DNA from: Candidatus Brocadiaceae baterium WH-1
Lineage (GTDB): Bacteria; Planctomycetota; Brocadiia; Brocadiales; Brocadiaceae
NCBI GenBank assembly: GCA_030583665.1
Contig: CP129469.1
Location: forward strand, 1,509,043 to 1,541,042
Direction: 5' to 3'
Length of the DNA stretch: 32,000 nt
This document shows, one piece after another, positions 8,799 to 16,982 of this stretch. Below the pieces are notes generated by a model. It had not been told where the DNA came from, made no database searches, and saw only the letters and a list, made by a program, of their open reading frames with translations. Each line of letters begins with the position of its first letter. Positions within the stretch are counted from its first letter, which is position 1. The position numbers were made by a program, and so were the translations under genes.

Positions 8799-9194
8799 TT
8801 ATCGTTTTGTCCACTGGAAGCTCTTTCTTGCTCCCTTTTGTCCGTATTTTTTGCGCTCTTTCATCCTGCTGTCCCTTGTCAAAAACCCCTGATCACGCAA
8901 ACTTTCGGTAAGGGAAGGGTTGGTTTTCGACAATGCACGCGCAATACCTAACGATATGGCTCCAGCCTGACCAGTGATACCACCGCCTCTTACATTTACC
9001 AATACATCGTATTCATCATGTAGTTCGGATGTTTTCAGAGGAGCACAAGCTATCCCTCGGTCACGTTCTATGGGAAAATATTTATCCATATCTACATTAT
9101 TTACCACAACCTTCCCGTTTCCCTTGATTAGTCTCACCCTTGCAATAGAAGTCTTCCGTCTTCCTGTACCCCAAATATATTGTTCTGCTGTCAT
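8799..9194 (-). CDS. rpsI: 30S ribosomal protein S9
   Basis: 131 aa. GGGITGQAGAISLGIARAL and the C-terminal basic tail KKYGQKGARKSFQWTKR. Follows rplM as in the conserved operon. Confidence 0.97.
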   Translation of the reverse strand: MTAEQYIWGTGRRKTSIARVRLIKGNGKVVVNNVDMDKYFPIERDRGIACAPLKTSELHDEYDVLVNVRGGGITGQAGAISLGIARALSKTNPSLTESLRDQGFLTRDSRMKERKKYGQKGARKSFQWTKR

Positions 9195-9209
9195 TATGTA
9201 TTCCTCTCA

Positions 9210-9644
9210 TTAATTACGAATAGTCAGTTCTTTTGGTTGCTGAGCCTGATGCGGATGTTCGGCGCCTGCATAAATTTTCAGTTTCTTTAACATAGCCTTA
9301 CCCAGCCTTGTTCTGGGCAGCATCCTTTTTACTGACCGGTTCAGTACTTTTTCAGGAGCTGTTTTAAGGGTTTCTCCAACCATCCGTTTCCGCAAACCAC
9401 TTTGATAGCCAGTTACATAAAAATGAATCTTTTCTTTCATCTTTTTCCCGGTAAGTTTTACCTTGTTTGCATTGGTAATAATAACAAAGTCTCCGACATC
9501 AACATGAGGGGTATATTCAGGTTTATGCTTACCCTGAAGAACCCTTGATACCGTTGTTAACATCCTGCCAAGGACCTTTTCATTGGCATCAACGATATAC
9601 CAATTCCTTTTTACATCCTCTTTCCTAGCCATAAAAGTTTTCAT
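9210..9644 (-). CDS. rplM: 50S ribosomal protein L13
   Basis: 144 aa. N-terminal KRNWYIVDA..KVLGR and GKHKPEYTPHVDVGDFVIITNA motifs. AAGGATG SD. Confidence 0.97.
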   Translation of the reverse strand: MKTFMARKEDVKRNWYIVDANEKVLGRMLTTVSRVLQGKHKPEYTPHVDVGDFVIITNANKVKLTGKKMKEKIHFYVTGYQSGLRKRMVGETLKTAPEKVLNRSVKRMLPRTRLGKAMLKKLKIYAGAEHPHQAQQPKELTIRN

Positions 9645-9664
9645 TATTCTGCATCCTTTAAGCG

Positions 9665-9700
9665 ATTAAAATTAAAAAGCGCCTTAAAGAAAAAGGCGCT
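9665..9700 (-). terminator. Rho-independent terminator-like hairpin plus U-tract, about 20 nt upstream of the rplM SD
   Basis: The minus strand reads AGCGCCTT-tttcttt-AAGGCGCT followed by TTTTTAATTTTAAT: an 8-bp GC-rich stem, 7-nt loop and T-rich tail. Confidence 0.6.
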
Positions 9701-9796
9701 CTTGCGGTATAAATACCCCCGTAACCCACCAACAATCACACATAAAATCGTAACCTTAACGACAGGGTACGATTCCCATGCTAAAAAACTATTTAT

Positions 9797-9970
9797 TCAT
9801 TTCCTGCAGTTACAAACGCTTGATTTGCCTTCACAGTGGCTGCATGGACATCCTTGCGGACACAGACATGCATCAGCAACTGCTGACCTTATAAGCATTG
9901 ATACATTTGTCAGGCCAATTCCAAGCATGATTATCCAGAATACCATAAATGAAATAAGGCATTTTTTCAT
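9797..9970 (-). CDS. Small (57 aa) signal-peptide/TM plus Cys-rich peptide, unannotated in the ORF track
   Basis: Hand translation: MKKCLISFMVFWIIMLGIGLTNVSMLIRSAVADACLCPQGCPCSHCEGKSSVCNCRK*. Strong SD (AAAGGAG, about 10 nt before the ATG), an upstream promoter (10072-10100) and a downstream terminator (9665-9700). Seven Cys in the last 23 residues. Confidence 0.6.
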   Translation of the reverse strand: MKKCLISFMVFWIIMLGIGLTNVSMLIRSAVADACLCPQGCPCSHCEGKSSVCNCRK

Positions 9971-10071
9971 TTACTCATCGCTCCTTTCATGGACAATACT
10001 ATACTTGCATCCGGAAAGAATCGGCATGTACAATAAGTGAACCATAAGTCATGTATATAATAGAGTTATAT

Positions 10072-10100
10072 TTTATATCAAAATGTATACATATTGTCAA
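10072..10100 (-). promoter_or_regulatory. Sigma70-type promoter (extended -10) for the small Cys-rich ORF
   Basis: The minus strand reads TTGACA (10100-10095), a 17-nt spacer, then TGaTATAAA (-10 at 10077-10072). Confidence 0.5.
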
Positions 10101-10204
10101 TTATATTTTGTCCTTGAAGGCTAAATTCCTATTGACATCTTTGCAGCTTATCATTACCATTAACGGAATTAAAAACCAGCTTTAAATTAGGCCTTCGGCG
10201 ACTA

Positions 10205-10576
10205 AAAAACACATTTTCCCTCTCTTGATGGGAGGGACTAAGGGAGGGTGATCGGTTTGTTCCTTTCACCCCCACCTAACCTCCCCCATCGAGGGGGAGG
10301 AACTAATAGTTTGAAATTCCTATACATCAAGGTTAGCCCCGTTAAGGGTGATCTGTTTGTAGTTTAATAACTACGGTAAACAGCTCCGTAGGAGCGGCCT
10401 GTATATGATTAATAGACAAACATGCCTGAGTAGGGGCTGGTTTGAAACCCATTTTTGCATCAAGATATTCCATGAACGTAGAGACGCACTGCAGTGCGTC
10501 TGTACTCCCCCTTAACAAAGGGGATTCAGGGGGTTGTCGTAAAACCGCTTCAATGAAATGAAAATTCCTATACAAT
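10205..10576. repeat. Intergenic nest of short G/C-run hairpin repeats (MITE/REP-like modules)
   Basis: Consecutive modules: CCCTCTCttgatgGGAGGGactaaGGGAGGG; CACCCCCACCTAACCTCCCCCatcgaGGGGGAGG; GTAAACAGCTCCGTAGGAGCGGCCTGTA; GTAGGGGCTGGTTTGAAACCC (second copy at 8699); palindrome GTAGAGACGCACTGCAGTGCGTCTGTAC (10478-10505, relative at 25828); CCCCTTaacaAAGGGG plus a 57-nt element (second copy at 22484). The motif AAATTCCTAT recurs at 10123, 10314 and 10562. Confidence 0.7.
10520..10576 (+). repeat. 57-nt repeat element, copy 1 (upstream of the FabZ-like gene)
   Basis: GGGGATTCAGGGGGTTGTCGTAAAACCGCTTCAATGAAATGAAAATTCCTATACAAT. By my alignment, 50 of 57 positions are identical to 22484-22540. 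Confidence 0.75.
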
Positions 10577-10620
10577 TCAATTAAGATCGGGGATATTATT
10601 TTTAAGAAAAGAGATTTCCA

Positions 10621-11094
10621 ATGCCGCAAGATATATTTATTGATGTAAGCACACTGGATTTTAATAATCCGATAAAGGATATAAATGCAATTCGTACTGT
10701 CATACCACACCGGTATGAGATGGAGCAGTTATGCGGGATATTGATGTTTGATATTGATCAAAGGATTATTGTAGGATATAAAGATGTCACAGATAAGGAA
10801 TTCTGGGTAAGAGGGCACATTCCCGGACGTCCTCTGATGCCGGGGGTAATGATGCTGGAAGCAGCAGCACAATTGTGTACGTATTATTATAAACAGACCA
10901 CGAAGGATGACCGGTTCTTGGGTTTTGGTGGCATTGATGACGTTAAATTCCGGGGGAAGGTTGTGCCTGGCGATAAACTGATCCTGATTGCCAAAAATAA
11001 GGAATTGCGTTCACGGAGGGCTGTTTTTGATACACAGGGGGTGGTGAACGGTAAGCTGGTGTTTGAAGGAATTATTATCGGAATGGTGGTATAA
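10621..11094 (+). CDS. FabZ/FabA-like 3-hydroxyacyl-ACP dehydratase (hotdog fold), orphan paralogue
   Basis: 157 aa. IPHRYEM, the catalytic-His motif GHIPGRPLMPGVMMLEAAAQ (compare GHFPxxPxMPGVLxxEAxAQ), and C-terminal hotdog strands. Confidence 0.8.
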   Translation: MPQDIFIDVSTLDFNNPIKDINAIRTVIPHRYEMEQLCGILMFDIDQRIIVGYKDVTDKEFWVRGHIPGRPLMPGVMMLEAAAQLCTYYYKQTTKDDRFLGFGGIDDVKFRGKVVPGDKLILIAKNKELRSRRAVFDTQGVVNGKLVFEGIIIGMVV

Positions 11095-11186
11095 GGCTTA
11101 GATAGATAACAGACAACATTGGATCGGGGAAATGATACAATAATAAAACCTGATGTCCGCATGAGTACGATTATTTCTGCATAATA

Positions 11187-11891
11187 TTATAAGTCTCTCA
11201 TAGCTAAAACATTATGTAAACATGAAATGTTTTTGATAAAATAATCAGGTTTTATGTGTTTTTCCGGTTCCTTTACATATGCTTTATAGTGTCTGCCATG
11301 TTCAATCATTACCGTGGTTATCCCTAAAGATTTTCCTGCAGTTAACTCATCATCAATCTTATCCCCAACGCAAATAATTTCTTCCTGTTTTACCCGGTAT
11401 CGTTGGATGATATTCCTGAAATGATCTTTTTTGGTAGGGGGGGTGTCTCTTCGCGCAATGAGAATATCATCAAAATAGGAACCGCTAAGTCCAAGAACTT
11501 CAATTTTCCTTGTTTGTATTTGCTCTTCTCCGGAGGTTACGAGAGCTAATGTATAGCCTTGTGCCTTTAATTTCTTTAAGATAGTTATCACATCGGGAAA
11601 GGGTGTAATATCTGAAATTTCTATTTGAATAAATTCCTCTAAAAATTCTCTGATATATTTCCGGGGAAGGCGATAAATCGCGACGATCTTCTCATAAATA
11701 TTTACCTTTGTTCCATATTCTTCTTCGATTTCAGACTGAAGAAGATATGCCTCTTCTTCTGTACAGTTTATAATCCCCGCAATTGTCCTGGCCACCCGCC
11801 TCCTGCCACGCACCACCAGTGTGTTACTGCAATCATAGAGGGTATCATCTAAATCAAAGATAATAAGTTTAACCATATTGAAATTCTTCAA
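11187..11891 (-). CDS. HAD-superfamily hydrolase
   Basis: 234 aa. Motif I IIFDLDDTLYD, motif II LVTSG, motif IV VGDKIDDE. Confidence 0.8.
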   Translation of the reverse strand: MKNFNMVKLIIFDLDDTLYDCSNTLVVRGRRRVARTIAGIINCTEEEAYLLQSEIEEEYGTKVNIYEKIVAIYRLPRKYIREFLEEFIQIEISDITPFPDVITILKKLKAQGYTLALVTSGEEQIQTRKIEVLGLSGSYFDDILIARRDTPPTKKDHFRNIIQRYRVKQEEIICVGDKIDDELTAGKSLGITTVMIEHGRHYKAYVKEPEKHIKPDYFIKNISCLHNVLAMRDL

Positions 11892-11897
11892 GAATTC

Positions 11898-13595
11898 TCA
11901 ACGAAGATAAGCCTCAGTGACATACCGGCGCATCATACGATGGCTATTAAAATAATAGGCAACCTTACTGATCGAATTTTTCATAATCTTTATCCATTGT
12001 GTTTTATCATGATAATACATAGGGATAATAATGTTCTCCAGCTTGTTGTACAAGTCTTCAGCATCCGATGTGTCGTCAATGATAGTAAGTGATGATTCCA
12101 GAGGTTTTGGCCCGATAGACCAGCCAGTAACGTCTTCAATGTGTCCCTCAATCCACCATCCGTCCAGGATACTAAAGTTTATTACTCCATTGTGAGATGC
12201 CTTCATACCGCTGGTACCGGATGCTTCACGCGGACGCAAAGGTGTATTTAGCCAGACATCCACACCCGGAATCAGCTTCAATGCCATCTCAATATTATAA
12301 TCTTTTAAAAAGACAACCGTAATTCTTTCGTTATTTATTTTTACAAGCTGATGAATCTTTTTTATAAGTTCCTTACCGTCTTTATCTTTTGGATGTGCCT
12401 TCCCGGCATAAATAATCTGTACTTTTCCTTTTTCGCACACCGTCAATAACCGTTCCAGATTTGAAAATAGTAAATCCGCCCTTTTATAGGAAGTGAATCT
12501 CCTTGCAAACCCAATGGTGAGTACATCAATGCCAACTTTTGTGGTAGTTACCTTTGTAATATACTCAATCAGTTCTTTCTTTGCGAAAAGATGTGCTTCC
12601 CATATTTCCTCATCAGGAATTGTTTCCGCCCTGACAAACAGCTCAGGTTCATTGGCCCAGCTCGGTATGTATTTATCATACAACTGCCGGAAACTTTGAC
12701 ATGTCCAGGTAAATGAGTGAACCCCGTTGGTAATTGCACAGATCTCATATCCCGGAAACAGATTTTTGGATACTTCGCCGTGTTTTTTTGCCACACCGTT
12801 AACATATTTGCTCAGATTTAACGCAAGGAGTGTCATGTTAAGATGAGGTTCACCACCAAGTTTTTTCAACTGTTCCAGCGGAATAATATCACCCAGAATT
12901 TTTTGTACAAGATCATAAGAAAACCGATCATGACCTGCCTCGACAGGGGTGTGTGTTGTAAAGACGCATAAATCCCTTACTGTGTCGATATCCCAAACCC
13001 ATTGCTCATGCCACACAGTCTCAACATCCCTTTTGTGTTTTAAAAGAAGTTCGAGAGTAAGCAAACTGGCATGCCCTTCGTTCATATGATATTTTTTTAT
13101 GTTATATCCCAGTGCACGAAGCATTCTTACACCGCCAATACCAAGGACAATTTCTTGCTTGAGACGGTAACTATCGTCGCCACCGTAAAGGAAGTAAGTG
13201 ATTTCCCTGTCTGCCTTTGTATTTTCTTCCAAATCGGTATCAAGATAGAGTACGTCAATTTCACCACCTGTAAGGCTTTTAATCCTATACTGCCAGGCTT
13301 GAATATAGACCTTGCGCTCCTCTATATGAACCATAACCCGCTTGGACAAACGTACCATAAATCTGGCCGGGTCCCAGTCTATAGGGTACTCTATTTGCCT
13401 GCCTTCGGTATCAATATCCTGGGAGAAATAACCCTTTTTCGATATGAGTGTAACAGCCACCAGAGGTATTTTAAGGTCAGCACATGATTTTATGGTATCA
13501 CCGGCAAGAACACCAAGACCGCCACTGTAAGTTGGTATGTCGTTGGAGAGTCCGATTTCCATTGAAAAATAGGCAATTTTAGTTTCAGTGTTCAT
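11898..13595 (-). CDS. glgP: Alpha-glucan (glycogen/maltodextrin) phosphorylase, short GT35 type
   Basis: 565 aa. GGLGVLAGD near the N-terminus. The PLP-lysine region EASGTSGMKASHNG. DGWW motif. Confidence 0.88.
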   Translation of the reverse strand: MNTETKIAYFSMEIGLSNDIPTYSGGLGVLAGDTIKSCADLKIPLVAVTLISKKGYFSQDIDTEGRQIEYPIDWDPARFMVRLSKRVMVHIEERKVYIQAWQYRIKSLTGGEIDVLYLDTDLEENTKADREITYFLYGGDDSYRLKQEIVLGIGGVRMLRALGYNIKKYHMNEGHASLLTLELLLKHKRDVETVWHEQWVWDIDTVRDLCVFTTHTPVEAGHDRFSYDLVQKILGDIIPLEQLKKLGGEPHLNMTLLALNLSKYVNGVAKKHGEVSKNLFPGYEICAITNGVHSFTWTCQSFRQLYDKYIPSWANEPELFVRAETIPDEEIWEAHLFAKKELIEYITKVTTTKVGIDVLTIGFARRFTSYKRADLLFSNLERLLTVCEKGKVQIIYAGKAHPKDKDGKELIKKIHQLVKINNERITVVFLKDYNIEMALKLIPGVDVWLNTPLRPREASGTSGMKASHNGVINFSILDGWWIEGHIEDVTGWSIGPKPLESSLTIIDDTSDAEDLYNKLENIIIPMYYHDKTQWIKIMKNSISKVAYYFNSHRMMRRYVTEAYLR

Positions 13596-13603
13596 TTTAT
13601 TTA

Positions 13604-15232
13604 TTATAGATGTTTATTCACTCTCTTTATAAGGGATATATTTCCGGAATAATCTACAGGGCAATCGATAACGGCAGGGCATTGTTGTGTGAAGGCGTCT
13701 TGTAAGACAGCCTTTAGCTCATGAGCTGAAGACACACGATAACCTTTTGCACCAAAACTTTCGGCATATTTAACAAAATCCGGGTTGGTAAAATCGACAA
13801 ATGCGGAGCGTCCAACGGTATTCAGTTGTTTTGATTTGATAACACCATAACCGCCGTCATTAATAATTAATGTCACAAAGGAAACACCGAGCCGCACAGC
13901 CGTTTCTATTTCCTGTGAATTCATAAGAAAGCCACCGTCTCCGGTTATAGCAAGAACCTTACGTTCCGGATAGACTAGTTTTGCAGCGATAGCACCTGGC
14001 AATGCAATGCCCATAGATGCAAAACCATTGGATATAATACATGTATTCGGTCTGTATACTGGATAGACACGTGAAACCCATAATTTGTGTGCCCCTACAT
14101 CACTAAGAAGAATATCATCAGGACACAATACTTGGCGTATTTCGCATAATATCTTTTGAGGTTTCAGCGGAAATGAGCAGTTGGCATGCATAATCTCATG
14201 TTCTTTCATTACGGAATTTCGTAAAAGACAAACAATATTTTCCGGATCCTTTAACCTGATCAAATTGGATAAATGATTCAGCGTTTCTGAGATTTTGCCG
14301 ATTACCTCCAGATCTGCATTGTAAAATGCGTCTACCTCTCCGGGAGTTGTATCGATGTGCAGGATTTTTTTGTTTTTTTGCGGGTTCCAATGTTGAGGAT
14401 GATGTTCTACGAGATCATAACCGATCGCTATAATCAAATCTGACTGATCAAATCCGCACGAGATATAATCGGTATCCTGCAAGCCAATTGCATGCAAAGA
14501 AAGAGGGGAGTCTTCAGGAATTGATCCTTTCCCCATAAAGGTTGTGGCTACAGGAATATGCAATTTATTTGCAAAATTGGTCAATGCCGCTGCCGCATGT
14601 GCCCTTAATACTCCATTTCCTGCTAGGATAACCGGATAGCGGGCATCCGAAACTAACTTCGCTGCAATTTTCAATGTTTCCGGAGTAGGATGCGGAACCG
14701 GTATCTTTTCTTTCAAAGGAATTGGCTGCTCTTGTATGTCTGCCTTTGCCACATCTTCCGGAAAATCTATATGGGTTGCTCCCGGTTTTTCCATCTGGGC
14801 AAGTTTAAAAGCCTTCCGTACGACCTCCGGAATTACATCTGCTGTATGCACCAGGGTATTCCACTTTGTAATCGGTTTAAACATACCAACCGTATCCATA
14901 TACTGATGAGATTCCTTATGCATACGGTCGAGGCTTGCCTGCCCTGTGATAGCAACAAGTGGTGCCCTGTCCATGTTTGCATCAGCAACTCCGGTTACAA
15001 GATTCGTTGCTCCCGGACCTAATGTGGACAAGCAGACACCTGCTTTTCCTGTGAGCCGTCCATAAACATCTGCCATAAAAGCCGCACCCTGTTCATGGCG
15101 GGTTGTGATAAATTGTATCCTGGATCCTAAAAGGGAATCAAGGATATCAATATTTTCTTCTCCTGGAATCCCAAAGATATATTTGACTCCCTCATTTTCC
15201 AAACATTTAACAAACAGATCAGATGCTTTCAT
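13604..15232 (-). CDS. alsS: Thiamine-diphosphate-dependent acetolactate synthase-like enzyme (catabolic AlsS type, no small subunit nearby)
   Basis: 542 aa. N-terminal VKYIFGIPGEENIDILD, HEQGAAFMADVYGRLTGKAGVC, and the TPP-binding GDGGFLMNSQEIETAVR motif. Confidence 0.75.
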   Translation of the reverse strand: MKASDLFVKCLENEGVKYIFGIPGEENIDILDSLLGSRIQFITTRHEQGAAFMADVYGRLTGKAGVCLSTLGPGATNLVTGVADANMDRAPLVAITGQASLDRMHKESHQYMDTVGMFKPITKWNTLVHTADVIPEVVRKAFKLAQMEKPGATHIDFPEDVAKADIQEQPIPLKEKIPVPHPTPETLKIAAKLVSDARYPVILAGNGVLRAHAAAALTNFANKLHIPVATTFMGKGSIPEDSPLSLHAIGLQDTDYISCGFDQSDLIIAIGYDLVEHHPQHWNPQKNKKILHIDTTPGEVDAFYNADLEVIGKISETLNHLSNLIRLKDPENIVCLLRNSVMKEHEIMHANCSFPLKPQKILCEIRQVLCPDDILLSDVGAHKLWVSRVYPVYRPNTCIISNGFASMGIALPGAIAAKLVYPERKVLAITGDGGFLMNSQEIETAVRLGVSFVTLIINDGGYGVIKSKQLNTVGRSAFVDFTNPDFVKYAESFGAKGYRVSSAHELKAVLQDAFTQQCPAVIDCPVDYSGNISLIKRVNKHL

Positions 15233-15304
15233 AATACAAACGAAAATCAGTAAATTTCATTTCGAAGATTTTCTATTTCCTTCAGCTTCAGCTTCACCTT
15301 ATAT

Positions 15305-16744
15305 TTATAAATGAATGGATTTATCAGTGGCTGCTTGTGCAGCTTCAAGAAGGGCTTCCGAAAGGGTAGGGTGGGGAAAAATGCACCTTGTTAATTCAAT
15401 GGATGTTCCTTCCAGTATTGTTGCCAATGATATACCCCACAATAGTTCACTTACATTTGAACCTATGGCATGCACACCCAAAATCTCATGATATTTCTCG
15501 TCCGTAATGATTTTTATAAACCCATCCTGATACTCACCTTCAATAACGGCCTTACTATTTGCAGCAAGTGGAAATTTACCCACCTTAACCCTCAATCCTT
15601 TATTTTCTGCTTCCTCACTGGTTAATCCTATGCTGGCAACCTGGGGAAGACAGTAGGTAACGCGGGGGATATTCTGATACTGTATTGCAGGAACCCCTTT
15701 CCCTGAAATATGAGCTACAGCAGCCAAGCCTTCATTTAATGCCTTATGGGCAAGGAGCGGCGGGCCGGCGATGTCTCCGATTGCAAAAATACCTTTTTGG
15801 AAGGTTTCCATGTTGTTGTTGACCTGTACATATTTTCCTTTCAGGCCTAAAGATACATTTTCTATTCCAAGATGTTCAAGTGTGGGTATCCTGCCTAAAG
15901 CAAGCAGCAAATAATCTGCTTCAAGATAATCCGTATCTTCTGTTATAGAAGGGGGGGGAGATGATAGTGTATCTTTTCTTTTTATCTTTGCACGGACACC
16001 TTTATCATTAATTTCAACATCCTCCAATGAAGTACCAACCAGAATGTCTATGCCCCGCCTGGTAAATATTTTTCCCAGGGTAGTGCTTATTTCCTTATCT
16101 TCAGCGGGAAGGATGGTGTCCATAAGTTCGACAATCTTAACTTTAGTTCCGAGGACATTGAAGAGATAGGCATATTCTGAACCAACGGCACCCCCGCCTG
16201 CAATAATAATTGATTTTGGAATTTCCTCGTGTATCAATATATCATCACTGGTGAATACATTTTTCCGGTTGTGTGGAATCCCTTTGGGAACAAAGGGAGA
16301 AGAACCCGTTGCAAGGATAACATTTTTTGCACGTATATTGCCAATGTCTGTTCCGTTTTTTTTGATGAGAATTTCGTTTGGCGATATGAGCTGTCCTTCA
16401 CCTTCAATGACTTCTACACCATTTTTCTTCAGTAAAAACTGTACCCCCTGATATAAACGACTAACTACAGATTCCTTCCGGCGGTGGAATTGGGAATAGT
16501 CTACGTTTAAGGTATCAATAACAATCCCATAATCCCTGGCTTTTTTTAATTTGTCGTATATGCCGGCTGAGTAAAGTAATGTTTTTGTTGGAATGCAACC
16601 CCAATGCAGGCAGACACCACCTACCATTCCTTTCTCTATGAGAGCCGTTTTTATTCCCGACTGAGCTGCTTTTATAGCAGCAACATACCCTCCCGGTCCT
16701 GCACCGATAATTGCAAGGTCGTACACAAAACTTCTTTCTGGCAA
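15305..16744 (-). CDS. lpdA: Dihydrolipoyl dehydrogenase (E3)
   Basis: 479 aa. FAD motif IIGAGPGGY, redox disulfide GGVCLHWGCIPTK, and the C-terminal His-Glu region FPHPTLSEA. The ORF-track start is TTG, directly after the stop of a small upstream ORF. No E1 or E2 genes in the window. Confidence 0.88.
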   Translation of the reverse strand: MPERSFVYDLAIIGAGPGGYVAAIKAAQSGIKTALIEKGMVGGVCLHWGCIPTKTLLYSAGIYDKLKKARDYGIVIDTLNVDYSQFHRRKESVVSRLYQGVQFLLKKNGVEVIEGEGQLISPNEILIKKNGTDIGNIRAKNVILATGSSPFVPKGIPHNRKNVFTSDDILIHEEIPKSIIIAGGGAVGSEYAYLFNVLGTKVKIVELMDTILPAEDKEISTTLGKIFTRRGIDILVGTSLEDVEINDKGVRAKIKRKDTLSSPPPSITEDTDYLEADYLLLALGRIPTLEHLGIENVSLGLKGKYVQVNNNMETFQKGIFAIGDIAGPPLLAHKALNEGLAAVAHISGKGVPAIQYQNIPRVTYCLPQVASIGLTSEEAENKGLRVKVGKFPLAANSKAVIEGEYQDGFIKIITDEKYHEILGVHAIGSNVSELLWGISLATILEGTSIELTRCIFPHPTLSEALLEAAQAATDKSIHL

Positions 16745-16873
16745 TTATGCTTCCTTCTTCCAGGTGAATAATATGAGAAAGAGAAGGGCAAGGGTAATAA
16801 TCATAATCGTTTTCGGGCTTATATCCGGTATTATTGAATTTTCCATAGCAAATGACAATAATTTGCCAATCAT
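16745..16873 (-). CDS. Small (42 aa) single-TM protein, unannotated in the ORF track
   Basis: MIGKLLSFAMENSIIPDISPKTIMIITLALLFLILFTWKKEA*. Strong SD (AAGGAGGTAGGAG) upstream of the ATG at 16873. Its TAA abuts the lpdA TTG start. Confidence 0.4.
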   Translation of the reverse strand: MIGKLLSFAMENSIIPDISPKTIMIITLALLFLILFTWKKEA

Positions 16874-16910
16874 AAGATCTCCTACCTCCTTATTGTTTTA
16901 TTAAATTACG

Positions 16911-16955
16911 GGTTTCAGATTGCGAATTGCGGATTACCATTCGCAATCTGAAATC
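16911..16955 (-). terminator. Long perfect hairpin 28 nt after the radical SAM stop; probable 3' boundary of the lipid operon
   Basis: TTTCAGATTGCGAAT (16913-16927) and ATTCGCAATCTGAAA (16939-16953) form a 15-bp perfect stem, extendable to 17, with an 11-nt loop. The downstream minus-strand sequence is A/T-rich but has no clean U-run. Confidence 0.45.
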
Positions 16956-16982
16956 GCCTTTGGTTCCGTATAACAAGTACGA

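Noticed and set aside
9702-10040. 112-aa plus-strand ORF in the rplM-upstream region
   Set aside because: It has no SD and no recognisable motifs. It runs antisense across the small Cys-rich ORF, which has a promoter, SD and terminator, and it reads through the terminator hairpin.
10342-10710. 122-aa minus-strand ORF
   Set aside because: It is a translation of the hairpin-repeat nest (strings such as MGFKPAPT and PPESPLLRGSTDALQCVSTF come straight from repeat modules). It also overlaps the start of the well-supported FabZ-like gene on the other strand.
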